From Octopus sinensis (lineage: Eukaryota), in the NCBI RefSeq assembly GCF_006345805.1, contig NC_043001.1:91698001-91762000 (forward strand): a DNA stretch of 64,000 bases. Direction: 5' to 3'. The position numbers and the translations under genes were made by a program. Within the stretch, counting starts at the first letter, position 1; the number at the start of each line of letters is the position of its first letter. Below are positions 1 through 12,453 of this stretch, in pieces. The notes beneath the pieces were generated by a model. It was not told the DNA's origin and did no database searches. It saw only the letters and a program-made list of their open reading frames with translations.

Positions 1-364
1 ATCTTTCAGGATGATAATGCATTCACACAGCTAAAGTTGTTACTGAATGGTACGAGGAACATTCTAGTGAATTTGAATATCGTATCTGGCTACCACAATC
101 CCCATATCTCAATATTATTGAACATTTATGGTGCATTTTGGAAAAACAAGTAGGGAGTCGGTTTCTACCACTATCATCACTACAAGAACTGGAGACTGTT
201 TTAGCTGAATAGACAAAAAATCATTTGGAAACAATTCTCACATTGTACGTGTCCATGCTCGTAGAATTCAAGCTGTGATTATTACCAAAGGCGGGCCAAC
301 TCCATATTAAAATAAATTTGTTTGAAATTTTAAAGTGTTTCCATTATTTTGCCCAACCCCTGTA
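1..364 (+). mobile_element. Tc1-family transposon, 3' remnant with right TIR
   Basis: Frameshifted translation IFQDDNA/IHTAKVVTEW...WLPQSPYLNIIEHLW matches the Tc1 DDE C-terminus. It ends in ccattattttgcccaacccctg followed by TA. Confidence 0.8.
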
Positions 365-495
365 TATATGTATATAACGCCAACGCACGAAATTCTCGGC
401 TCTTGAATCACTCTGTTGCTTCTGCTAAATATTAATAACAAAACATAAATATACTCATATTCTGTGCTCAACTTTTCTTGCTTGATCCAGAAACC

Positions 496-530
<35 letters not shown>

Positions 531-925
531 GGCGCAGAAGTGGGTGCGTTGTAAGTAGCTTGCTTACCAGCCACATGGTTCCGGGTTCACCTTGGGAAAA
601 TGTCTTCTACTGTAGCCTCGGACCGACCAAAGCCTTGTGGGTGGATTTGGCTGACGGAGGCTGAAAGAGGCCCGTCGTATATATTTATATATATATATAT
701 ATATATATGTGTGCATGTATGTGTGTGTGTTTGCGTTTGTCTCCTGAATATCGCTTGACAACCGATGCTGGTGTGTTTGCATCCCCGTCACTTAGCGGTT
801 CGGCTAGAGAGACCGATAGAATAAGTACTAGGCTTAAAAATAATTAGTCCTGGGGTCGATTTGCTCGACTAAATGCGGTGCTTCAGCATAGCCGCAGTCA
901 AGTGACTGGAATAAATAAAAGAAAA
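531..925 (+). mobile_element. tRNA-derived SINE family A with internal (TA)n(TG)n
   Basis: Shares head (ggcgcag..gtaagtagcttgcttacc..ggttccgggttca), body (gaccaaagccttg..gatttgg..gacgg) and tail (cagcatggccgcagtcaaatgactgaaacaagtaaaag) with more than 10 copies in the window. Confidence 0.85.
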
Positions 926-1196
926 AAAAAAGAAAGGAAAAAATAATATATATATATACGTGCCCCAGCATGGCCACAGCTCATGAGCTGAAACTGGAAT
1001 CAATCAATCAATCAATCAATCATATATGTGTGTGTGTGTGTGTGTGTGTTCACTTATAATAAAAAGAATTTTACATAAATCTGATGGGTTCCTCTTGACT
1101 TTTGTAGAGTAGAATTTCTTATTCTTATATCAGAATGTTGCTGACTGTGACTAAGCTAATGTCGGACTACATATATATATAATATATATATATATA

Positions 1197-1197
<1 letters not shown>

Positions 1198-1276
<79 letters not shown>
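1198..1276. repeat. (TG)n microsatellite
   Basis: Pure GT dinucleotide run; it produces the VCVC ORF. Confidence 0.95.
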
Positions 1277-1277
<1 letters not shown>

Positions 1278-1559
1278 TATGTGTGTTGCTGTCTTAATAT
1301 GCAGGCAAATTAGGCGGTTACCCAGGGGCTTTATGGATCTAAAGGGCCCAATTCTGATCTATGTATTCTGTGGTTTACAATCATTAAAAGGTGAGAAGTG
1401 CATTGATTTGTCCGGAGTCCATAGAGCTACTAAAACTACCCCGAATGTAATCCCAGTCTAGGATGTGCAAACAACTCGGAAAGTCACGGCTGGAGTGTTT
1501 TTTGACATAGTGTGTCTATACAATAGCATCGACGACAATGGCGACATTTTTGCCAATAG

Positions 1560-1935
1560 CAATGGTAAATATAACGATAATGAGAATTAGAAGATGATAA
1601 CGACATTAATGACGATTTCAACGATTACAAGAACAGCAACAACAACAACAACAGCAACAACAGCGATAGCAACATCGTCAGCAGCAGCAGTAGCAACAAT
1701 AAAGATGACGACGAAAATAGCGATAATAATAATGACAACAACAATATGATACCACCATCACCACCACCATCACGGCAGGAAAAACAAAGCAACAACAACA
1801 GCAATAACAATGAACAGCAGCAACAACAATAACAACAACGATGAGACGGCCTTACAACAACAATAACAAGGACAACAACATAACAGCAACAACGACAACA
1901 TGAGCAACGGACGGCAAAAACAACGTCAAACGAAA
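1560..1935. repeat. Degenerate (AAC/GAC/AAT)n low-complexity tract
   Basis: Trinucleotide cryptic simplicity. Confidence 0.85.
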
Positions 1936-1947
1936 ACATGGACAATG

Positions 1948-2073
1948 TGTGGTAAGAAGTCTGCTTCCCAACCACATGGTTATGGGTTCAATTCCACTGC
2001 GTGGTACCCCGAACAAGTACCCTCTACTATAGCCCGTTGCTGACCAAGACCTTCTGAGTGGATTTGGCAGGCG

Positions 2074-2104
<31 letters not shown>

Positions 2105-2188
2105 CCTACCAAATCCACTCAGAAAGCTTTGGTCAGCAACGGCTATAGTAGAAGGTACTAGTTCAGGGTACCACGCAGTAGAACTGAA
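1948..2188. repeat. SINE A 5' half with a local inverted copy around a (TA)n centre
   Basis: About 1995-2072 is the reverse complement of about 2102-2188, with (TA)n between them. Confidence 0.8.
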
Positions 2189-2242
2189 CAGGTAGCCATA
2201 CATATATAACCACCATATATACAAATACATACATACATACAT

Positions 2243-2298
<56 letters not shown>

Positions 2299-2342
2299 GC
2301 ACACACACACACACACACATATATATACATACGTACATATAC

Positions 2343-2397
<55 letters not shown>

Positions 2398-2689
2398 AAA
2401 CACACACACACAAACATATATATATTTACATATATTTCGTTAGGGCTCCAGCATAGCCGCAGTCAGATGACTGAAACAAGTAAAAAAGAAAATAAAAACA
2501 CCAAAAAAACAAACTTACATCGTAAAACCACCTCCATCAACACCGACACCATCAACATCACCATGACAACAACAGCGATAGCTAAAAAGAAACAATAGCA
2601 ATATCAACAAGAATTCTCAACAATAACAAAAACCAACAGTCAAAACAACAACCCACCGTCACAACAACAACGACAATATCAACAACAGC

Positions 2690-2730
<41 letters not shown>

Positions 2731-3099
2731 CCACCCACTACAAGAAAAACAACAAGGACTTAAAAACTGAGTCGAAAAGAACGATGACGAGTGTTTAACG
2801 TAATTTCCTTGCCGGGTGTAGAGTTACGAAGCGTGTGAAAGTTGGTTCTCTCCAGCAGATGTCGTGGCGATACACACCCCCGCATTCTAAAGATGTGACG
2901 GCTGGTTGAGGGGGTGACTTGATGCTAAATTTACATCACTAATTACTGTCCCAAACAACATTGGGCGTTCACAGGTTTCCGTCTGATATTATAACATTCC
3001 ACTAACTCGCAATCTCTCACACTCCCTTCACGCACACACACAAACACACAGACACACAGACACACACACACACACACACAAATACGTTTATGTCTACAT

Positions 3100-3422
3100 A
3101 GATATATGCGTGCATGCATATATATATATGTCCATTTGTGTGTCAATATATATGTATGTATGTATGTTTGTATGTATGTTTGTGTGTATGTGTATGTGTA
3201 TATATATATATATAATATATATGCATATATATATATACACATACATACATACATACATACATACATACATACATGTATATACATTCATGTGCGCTATGTC
3301 ACTATGTTATGTATGTACGTATGTATATATGTACATACATGCATATATATAATATATATACATGTATATATATAGTATAAATATATATATATATATATTA
3401 TATATATATATATATATATGTG

Positions 3423-3466
<44 letters not shown>

Positions 3467-3854
3467 AACACACCCCCACATATATACACATATAGAAAAT
3501 AGCGATATAGCACACGCTCAAAACATACGTTCGTAATATAGTTTACATAGATAAATAAACTGCATGCATGTGTGTATTATATATATATATATGTTGTGTT
3601 TTTGTGTTTGTCTGTGTGCGTCTTTATATGTGTGTATATATGTATATATATTATATATATAATATATATATAATATATATATATATTATATGTAATAGAA
3701 GCACAGCTTATATCATAGTAGCTCACAATCATGCATACATTTATTCATACTAACTTATGCTTAGACAAGCTGACATGTGCATACTTGCATACACACACAC
3801 ACACACATACATACATACATACATACATACATACATACATACATACATACATAC

Positions 3855-3911
<57 letters not shown>

Positions 3912-4000
3912 CATACATGCATACATTCATGCATACATGCATACAGACAAACATTCATACATGCATACATACATACATACATACATACATACATACATAC
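3100..4000. repeat. Compound (TA)n/(TATG)n/(CATA)n microsatellite field
   Basis: Direct inspection. Confidence 0.95.
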
Positions 4001-4101
4001 ATAGTTAATCCAAACAAGAAAATACAAAAAAACACAACAACGCGAGGACGTGGAACAAATATAGTATTATTGGACGCTCAGGAAAGAAGGGAAGAAGGAG
4101 G

Positions 4102-4136
4102 GTTTAACGTTTCGAGCGGAGCTCTTCGTCGGAAAC
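4102..4136 (-). ncRNA. Minimal type I hammerhead-like motif (U4C variant)
   Basis: Minus strand gttt-CCGACGA-a-gagc(tcc)gctc-GAAAC-GTT-aaac: stem I gttt/aaac, stem II gagc/gctc, self-complementary AACGTT. Confidence 0.6.
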
Positions 4137-4313
4137 ATAGGAGAAGGAAAGACAGAGGAAAAAAATCGCCAACGGTACACATGAGGTCATACATGCATAC
4201 ATACAAACATTCATACATGCATGCATACATACATACATACATACATACATACATACATACATACATACATACATACATACATACATACATACAATACATA
4301 CATACATACATAC

Positions 4314-4366
<53 letters not shown>

Positions 4367-4560
4367 CATCATGCATACATTCATGCATACATGCATACAG
4401 CAAAACATTCATACATGCATACATACATACATACATACATACATCATACATACATACATACATAGTTAATCCAAACAAGAAAATACAAAAAAACACAACA
4501 ACGCGAGGACGTGGAACAAATATAGATTATTGGACGCTCAGGAAAGAGGGAAGAAGGAGG

Positions 4561-4597
4561 GTTTAACGTTTCGAGCGGAGCTCTCTTCGTCGGAAAC
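4561..4597 (-). ncRNA. Second copy of the minimal hammerhead-like motif
   Basis: Same as 4102-4136 with a 2-nt insertion before stem II. Confidence 0.5.
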
Positions 4598-5389
4598 ATA
4601 GGAGAAGGAAAGACAGAGGAAAAAAATCGCCAACGGTACACATGAGGTCATACATGCATACATACAAACATTCATACATGCATGCATACATCATACATAC
4701 ATACATACATACATACATACATACATACATACATACATACATACATACATACATACATACATACATACATTCACACATGCATACAATCTCACTCGGCGTA
4801 AATAAACGTGTTGACAAATATATTAACTGAGGCTGTGAACTCGCAGAATCGTAAGAGACTCGGACAGAATTGCTCTGAGTTCGCATCCCATCGAGGCTAC
4901 TGTTCTTTTTTTAACTTCTCAGTAACGATAATTAATATTCCTGCACAAGAGTGAGGGCAATTCTTTCCTTCCTTCTTTCTTTCTTTCTTTTCTTTTCTTT
5001 TCTTTTCTTTTTATTTCTTTGTTTCGTTCACTGTCCCTGTCTGCCTGTCTGTCTCTGTCTCTGTCTCTGTTTGTCTGTCTGTCTCTGTCTCTGTCTCCCT
5101 CTCTCTGTCTGACACACTCTCTCTCTCTTTCTCTCTCTCTCAGAAACCGGTAGCGTTAAGGACGGCAGAGAGTTGGACTCGGTCACTTTTGATCCCTGAG
5201 ACGCAACTGGACTCTCAGTCCTCAGTGCATTGTGTTAAAAAAATGAAGGTCACTTTCGAAAGTTCGAAGTTACAGTCATTTTTTTTACTTATAAAAATAA
5301 TCTGACACTCAAAGTTGATGAGTATTTGTCATAGAAACGTTTGTTTTTATGCATAACTATACATAAAACCAAACACCAATGTGTGTATT

Positions 5390-5398
5390 TATATACAC

Positions 5399-5476
<78 letters not shown>

Positions 5477-5839
5477 TACACACACATATTTATATATATA
5501 TATATATATACATATTTATTCGCAAGACGCATACAGACACACATATATATGGATATAAGTATGTATACATATAAGTATATATACGTATATACATACATAT
5601 ATAATACATATACATGCATACATATACATACAAGCATACATACATACATATAAATACATGTATATATATGTATAATATATATGTATATATGTATGTATGT
5701 GTATATATATATTATATATATATATATAATATATATACATACAAACATGTATGTATGTATATTATGTATATGTATGTATGTATATATATATAAAATATAT
5801 ATATATATATGTATGCATATATATATATTGTATGCATAT

Positions 5840-5909
<70 letters not shown>

Positions 5910-5910
5910 T
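5390..5910. repeat. (TA)n-dominated microsatellite field
   Basis: Direct inspection. Confidence 0.95.
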
Positions 5911-6516
5911 TATACATATACAAAATGATGGGGAAAGAGCAGGAATGGGAGAAACTAGTAGATGTTTGGTAGGAGCGTACATGAGTATCAGTTTTTATGT
6001 GGGACAAAAATATCACTACTTCCAAAGTCTGCGATGAAAAAGTGATTCTTAATTCATCCAACAGAGACAAACAACCTCAGCAGATATACATTCCATATAA
6101 AGTTAGAAGTGAAATGACTCGGCAAAACTATCGACTGCAGTCAGTGAGCAAAAGGGGCGTTTTTATTTTATTCTCTTTTTATTTTATTCTATATTTTATT
6201 TTATTTTATTTTATTTTATTTCCTTTAATGTGTAAGTGTCTTTGGCTGTCCGTCTGAGGGAGAGCGCTTAAAAAAATGTTAGTTGTTCGCTTCAGTTTCA
6301 GACATGGCCTTGAGCAGATCGTGTGAATGTATGTGGTGGTATGAGTACGTGCGTGCTTTTGTGTTTGAGCTGTGTACGTATGCGTGTGTGTATGTATACA
6401 TAAATATCTACATACACACACACACACACACACGCATATATATATATCGAAATACTCAATGCCATAAAAGTGAGTGTGTATATGCATGCATATACATATA
6501 CATACATACATACATT

Positions 6517-6563
<47 letters not shown>

Positions 6564-7407
6564 GCATGTACTTAAGCGCGCGCGCACATACACACATACA
6601 AATACATACATACGCACACACACACACACACACACGTACATACACACACATATGTGCGTGTACACACGCACACATTAGCGCTAGCACGCTATCCTAAAGA
6701 TAGCGTGTTGTCGCTTATGTATAATTCTATGTATGTTCCGCTGCAGTATATCAGCACATTTTTTTTTCTCAGATGTGAAGGAATAGGAGGACTGACTACC
6801 CAATAACATTCTGTTCGACCATTTGTGTATTTTTGAATGCAATGTCGGGTACCAGTTCCTAGTGAACATTCCAGATATGTCATGATATATCTTTCCCGTT
6901 TTCATTCGACGGAACAGAGCTTCAAGTTTCATGTTGGCAGTCAATCGTTTTGTGTTTTTATTTTTTAATTCATATACTTATTCATTTATTTATTTTTTTC
7001 ATTTATTTGATTTATTTATTTGATTGATTGCTTCCAGTTCAGTACTGAGTTTGGCGATGTATGGCAACTATAGTTGAGAGCAGCAATCAAGGCGAACAGA
7101 ACAAACGCTTCCTAGAGAACAAGCAGGGCCTGTGACATACATTAACAAATATATATTTTACATTTAAAAGGTATTGTTGATCCTGAAGGATAGGTCATGT
7201 TTGTATTATCGGGCGGCAATTGTGTACAATATGAGTTGTTAGTGGTGTGACATGTGACAATTATGAAGAGCATTATTCTATTGTACTTGCATTGTTTCTT
7301 TATGGACAATTATTACAAGGGAGATAATTATTTCTTCATAATATTTGGCGAGGTTAGAATTTTGAATTTGAAATTAAGGAAAATGATAAAGTTGTATAAA
7401 ATACATA

Positions 7408-7455
<48 letters not shown>

Positions 7456-7474
7456 TATTATTATTATTATTATT

Positions 7475-8028
7475 GAGTGAGAGAGCAGTGCATGCCATCA
7501 AAGTGACACTGGGGTAAAATATACGAAGCCCAATATACCCATCATGACTACCCGTCTGATAAAGGTACACCAGGCACATGCATCACAACCATATGTGCGC
7601 GACATGGTGATCTCATATCAAGATAAACAGCACATGACCTTGCAGGTGGGGCCCAGTTAGAATTTTCTTCAGGTTGAGTAGCCCATCCCGCTCAAAAGGT
7701 CCCTGAATAAGGGTTGTTTAAGGATGTTGAAAGAACCACCCATGTTTCCAGAGGTGAATTATTCAAACCCCAAAGAATCCCTCTCAACACATAGCTATGA
7801 TGCTCCCCCACTACTTCTGCTCGTGATCAGAGATGCACATATCGTCAGCCACTAAGGGACATGCTCAACTGGTTATGGTCAAACAACTGACAAGCAAATC
7901 TGTGGTACTGAGCAGAATATTTGCTGTAGCCCATCTTTTATACCAAGACAAAACAATGTACATGATAACACTTCCAATCAGTTAAGATCAGAAGCCATGA
8001 GAGCCACTGCCTGGTACTGCATCAGGGC

Positions 8029-8031
<3 letters not shown>
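7475..8031 (-). mobile_element. 557-bp (ATT)n-associated interspersed element, copy 1 (full length)
   Basis: gagtgagagagcagtgcatgcc...gcatcagggcattt, flanked by (ATT)n on both sides. Near-identical copies at 35499, 36382, 57555 and 58428. Orientation is inferred. Confidence 0.85.
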
Positions 8032-8095
<64 letters not shown>

Positions 8096-8679
8096 GTTTA
8101 TTTATAACGAAGTCCTAAATAGTTATACGTAGTGGTAATTATGTTTAGGACGGTTTCATTCCTTTTTGAAGTGATCAGTATAGTGGGTGTCTACTAGAAT
8201 ATGTAGGTTATTATATTACTGAATGATGATAGTTTTAAATATCTGTAATGTGAATTGTGCAGGAAATGTATTGCTTATGTTGTACAATCGAAAGGAAAAT
8301 GCTTTATGCATGATGTCGGCTGGAGCAGATTTTCATTCTTGCTCTTTAATAATTACAATGAGACCATTAGCTTTAATCAGTTTGTCAGTCCTCCCAGATT
8401 AAAGTTGCCAGATTGTTGTTAAGTACCGTATTCGCTACCTATTGATACTCTATCATCTCCTCTAGGTTTGAGTATCGAAGTACCACCGGAGAATACTCAA
8501 GTAGAGATTATGTAGTTTTTTTTTATGATATTTCGCTACCGGGTTGAGGTTGGTGAAGTTTCTTTTTAAGGCGACTACGACAGGATTCGAAATAAAAAAT
8601 AAGTGATCGGAATTAGATACTGAGAGGTATTCAATCATTGACCTACAGTTCCTTCTCTTCTACTACTTAAAACAGTTAT

Positions 8680-9200
8680 GTACAACTTACTTGTACTTGC
8701 TGCGGTATTCACCCGGGGTGAGTTAGGCTGGTTCCAACGAGTTTATCATGTCCCTCACGAATACTAACAGCATCCGACGGAACCCACTCTTGGTTCCAAT
8801 GCCGAAGATCACAGACGCGATGGGCCTCATTGCGGTTCAACGCCCACCTTTACCGTCGCCGGCCACGTCTTCAGTTGTCCTCCAGCTCATTGGCGCCAGC
8901 CTGGAAGTGGGGTTGGGTTGACAGCTTTGCGAATGGATTCCTTTGGAGGCTGACAAAAAAAAAAAAAAACGGCCAAGCCACCTTAAACGCTTTTTAAGTA
9001 AAACTCGTTGTAGAGAGTTGAAGCAGCTGTATGGTCATATTTCGGGGATTCGAAATGCAGTCCTTTGGGAGAGCACGCTGAATTCGACGTAGGCAGTTAT
9101 GCGGAAGGGTACTATCAATATAACATCCGTATTTGCTTACCGTATGCGCCACCATATAGGCTAGGCTCAATGGGGTCGCCTTATATATAAACTACACATA
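8680..9200 (-). pseudogene. RTE-clade LINE 3' remnant
   Basis: Degraded minus-strand frames read LRRIQ..SNPEI...KRLRWLG, PLPGWR..GGQLKTWPATVK and WNQEW. It ends in a caagtacaagtaagt tail. Confidence 0.65.
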
Positions 9201-9739
9201 TAATAATGCAACCTTTAAGTCCTGTGGTGCACGTTAAGTTGTTAACATAAGCGATGACTGAGAGTAGACTAACCCCCACTTTGGTAACTACCGGCATATC
9301 CTACACAGCTATTCGTTTTATACGTCCACATATTCTTAAACTTACTTATGAAGGGTGGGAACTGTACGTAGATATAAAAGCCCAAACTCCTTCAAATCAC
9401 AACCTGTCGTCATGGAAAAAGGAAGAGTACATCAGACAATGTGGTCGTAAATATTCTGACAAGCGGGTTGGTGGGAGGGAGGGAGAGAGAGAGGGTGGTG
9501 ATGGTCAAGGTTTGATCTGGGTCGGCTTGGTGTGAAACAACAAAAACAGCATTTGGTACTTATATTATAAAATCAGAAAAGAAGAAAGATTAAGAGACTG
9601 GAGTAATTTAAACTGAAGGTGTCAAACCACATAGTTCTCTCGAGATAAATCCTGGTTACTGAATAAACATAATTACGTTTGCCACCAACCGTGTTGATAA
9701 CGAAATCAGGTTCCTGTTAACATATTGTTTAGACGTCAC

Positions 9740-9992
9740 TGGCAAGTGAGTATGATCTCGTAACATGTGCCATGCTATTGCTGGTTGTTTTAGGTGCCCA
9801 TGTAGTCACGAGCAGACATAGATATCGTCACGGCTTTTGCATTTATAACTCAGTGATAGGCTGGATTAATTTTCAGCTGAGCAACGGTAAATGAAGGGCC
9901 TTGCTCAAGAACACAAAGCATTATTGCCCATTCCAGGAACTGAACCTATGACATTATGATTGTAAGTCCAACACGCTAACCACTACGCCACT
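9740..9992 (-). mobile_element. Diverged tRNA-derived SINE
   Basis: Minus strand gtggcgtagtggttagc (box A) and ggttcagttcc (box B), followed by tgtgttcttgagcaag. Confidence 0.6.
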
Positions 9993-10065
9993 CGTAAAAA
10001 TAGTACAGCAGCATCAAACATTATAACAAGTCACTGAATGCCGAAGACTGTTTTCATTGGTTCTA

Positions 10066-10191
10066 TATTTAAGAGATGAAGGATTATATACATTATTTAC
10101 ATTATTTACATTTGACGGAGATTTGTCCTCATCTTGTTTGTTGTTAACACAACATTTCGGCTGATATACTCTCCAGCCTTCATCAGGTGTT
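10066..10191 (-). mobile_element. Solo Penelope-type pseudo-LTR with hammerhead (same family as 32565-33021)
   Basis: Minus strand aacac-CTGATGA-aggctg..cagcc-GAAAT-GTT-gtgtt at 10146-10191; the downstream sequence matches 32888-33021. Confidence 0.75.
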
Positions 10192-10194
10192 TGG

Positions 10195-10350
10195 TGTCAG
10201 CTTTCTCCTTCCTGGATTTAAGAAGCTTAATTTCTCAAGATTGGCATTTCGGCAGTGTATTACGTATCCCAGTGCTCCAATGATTACAGGTACAAACCTG
10301 AACTTGTAATCTGGATAGATTAGCTGTAGATTCCTCAATACTACTGCGTA
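10195..10350 (-). pseudogene. RLE-type non-LTR retrotransposon C-terminal fragment
   Basis: LRNLQLIYPDYKFRFVPVIIGALGYV...NLEKLSF: a P-x-I-I-G-A-L-G motif of the kind at the end of R4/NeSL-like RLE domains. It is preceded by (CATA)n. Confidence 0.65.
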
Positions 10351-10385
10351 GTATGTATGTATGTATGTATGTATGTATGTATGTA

Positions 10386-10900
10386 TTATGTCTCTTCTAG
10401 TTTTAACTATTACTAGCACTATGACCCGGCGTTGCCGTTTCATAGTGCTAGTGCATGCATATACAGCTGTGTGCGTGCACACATACACGCGAGTACTGTC
10501 CAAATCTCAGACCAATCACATACAGCTAGCTGGCATTCAATTGGCATATCAAGTTTCGGGCATTTTGACTGGGTTTTGGATAGAAAATTCACAAAGTCAA
10601 TTCTATTGATTTTTTAATGGCTTTGCGGGGTGACTGGGGAAATGTAAAGATGTGCACGACCACCCTTGGACAGTTTTGAATGACCATTGAAAGTGCGAAC
10701 CCTCTATCTGAAAAATTGTGGATTTGTATAAAGAACACACAGACATTTTGCCGTAAATCTTCCTCTGAGGTGGGAGCCTGTTTCCAACAAAGAAACAAGG
10801 CTCCGTCTTTGGGATGTAGTTAACATAGACAAATTCACATTTTGAACTTACGAAAAGTCTTGCATATTTTTACTGTTTCACTCATAGATTGTACTTGTAA
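10386..10900 (-). mobile_element. RLE LINE ORF end plus 3' UTR between tetranucleotide tracts
   Basis: IRTLQVQSMSETVKICKTFRKFKM* followed by a UTR homologous to 18527-18605 (ctttgtt.gaaac..gctcc....tcagaggaaga). It ends at (CATA)n. Confidence 0.65.
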
Positions 10901-10924
10901 TGTACGGATTAACCGGTCGATTTC

Positions 10925-10961
<37 letters not shown>

Positions 10962-11376
10962 ATGTATGTATGTATGTATGTATGTAAGTACGTACGTACG
11001 CACATACATACGCTTACAATAAGTGAAGTATGCCGGTACATAGTGAGCAAAAAAAAAAAAAGAAAACGGGTAAAAATATAAGACATGAAGAAAAAGAATG
11101 TGACGCAAACGGGATGTTCAATATTCTAACAAAGTATTTACCAAACAAACAAAAATGCTAGTTCTAAAATCTCTCTAAGACAAGTAATATTCGTAGCCAT
11201 TTTAACATGGCTGTCCTTTCGAGCGGACTCTACTGCGATTTTTTAACCCCAAAAGGACATCTCCTCTAGCTGGTTAGAATATTTACCAAACATTTTTGTC
11301 AAACGCTCAAAACACTTGGATGCTTAGAACATCCTGCAACTGTTATACATTTATATAATACAGGTACTGACTGATT

Positions 11377-11764
11377 GTGGAGGCGCAATGGCCCAGTGGT
11401 TAGGGCAGCGGACTCGCGGTCATAGGATCGCGGTTTCGATTCCCAGACCGGGCGTTGTGAGTGTTTATTGAGCGAAAACACCTAAAGCTCCACGAGGCTC
11501 CGGCAAGGGATGGTGGTGATCCCTGCTGTACTCTTTCACCACAACTTTCTCTCACTCTTACTTCCTGTTTCTGTTGTACCTGTATTTCAAGGAGCCGGCT
11601 TTGCCACTCTCTGTGTCACGCTGAATATCCCCGAGAACTACGTTAAGGGTTCACGTGTCTGTGGAGTGCTCATCCACTTACACATTAATTTCACGAGCAG
11701 GCTGTTCCGTTGATTCCGATCAACCGGAACCCTCGTCGTCGTAACCGACGGAGTGCTTCTATCC
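11377..11764 (+). mobile_element. tRNA-derived SINE family B, body 1, with TSD
   Basis: Head tggcccagtggttagg...gtttcgattccc; TSD actgactgatt at 11366-11376 and 11765-11775. Confidence 0.9.
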
Positions 11765-12254
11765 ACTGACTGATTAAATCTGAAATTACTATATTACTCA
11801 TCTCAACACCGCCGCCTTCATGGTCATGGCCCTCCTTAGCAACTGCCGTTCTAACGATAGTGTCAATGTAAAAACACCCAGAGAAAGGAGTGTTGATTGT
11901 GTATTAAAACTTTCATTCATAAGTATCGCTGCACAGGGTTCATTGCACGCAGAACTTTAACCAAGATATTTACTCTCGACTGCTGCGTGAACGGCTGCAC
12001 GTAGAGTTAAGAATCCAGACCAAATAAACGCCTACAGGGGATTTAAAATCAGGCTCTGCTGCTTGAGTTTCCACTACGCACCCCATTGTTTGTGTGAGCA
12101 GTGTTAATTGTGTGTTTGGTTACCTGGATATTGCACACGTGTATGTAATATGGATATTTAGGGATTTATATATGAATTCATAAAAAATTGTCAGTACTGG
12201 CTTGTGACGTGAAGTCTGCAGAATTTTTATAGAGAATGATAATAATTTTGAAAA

Positions 12255-12355
12255 TAGGCGCAGGAGTGGCTGTGTGGTAAGTAGCTTGTTTACCAACCAC
12301 ATGGTTCTGGTTCAGTCCTACTGCGTGGCACCTTGGGCAAGTGTCTTCTACTATA
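12255..12355 (+). mobile_element. SINE A 5' part, interrupted by the PLE
   Basis: The head runs up to gtgtcttctactata and continues at 15080. Confidence 0.9.
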
Positions 12356-12453
12356 ACGGGAAGCTTTATGAAAATAAACAAAAGACGAAGGCAGGTGGAA
12401 AACAAACGAACAATTGTATTAGTATGGCGCTCAGGAAATATAAATAAAACAAG

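Larger units (their letters stand above)
3905..4770. repeat. Tandem duplication, period 461 bp, each unit carrying a Penelope-type pseudo-LTR fragment
   Basis: atagttaatcc occurs at 4001 and 4462. The approximately 190-bp unique core resembles the PLE pseudo-LTR at 12395-12560 (gcgctcaggaaa...tttaacgtttcgagc..gctctt). Confidence 0.85.

Noticed and set aside
6755-6850. Strong-looking splice acceptor (ttttttttctcag) suggesting an exon
   Set aside because: All three frames hit stops within about 35 nt; a non-coding exon cannot be supported without RNA data.
307-6944. Numerous ORFs of YIYI, VCVC, HTHT and MYVC type (also throughout the window)
   Set aside because: They are translations of microsatellites and SINE bodies with no protein-like content.
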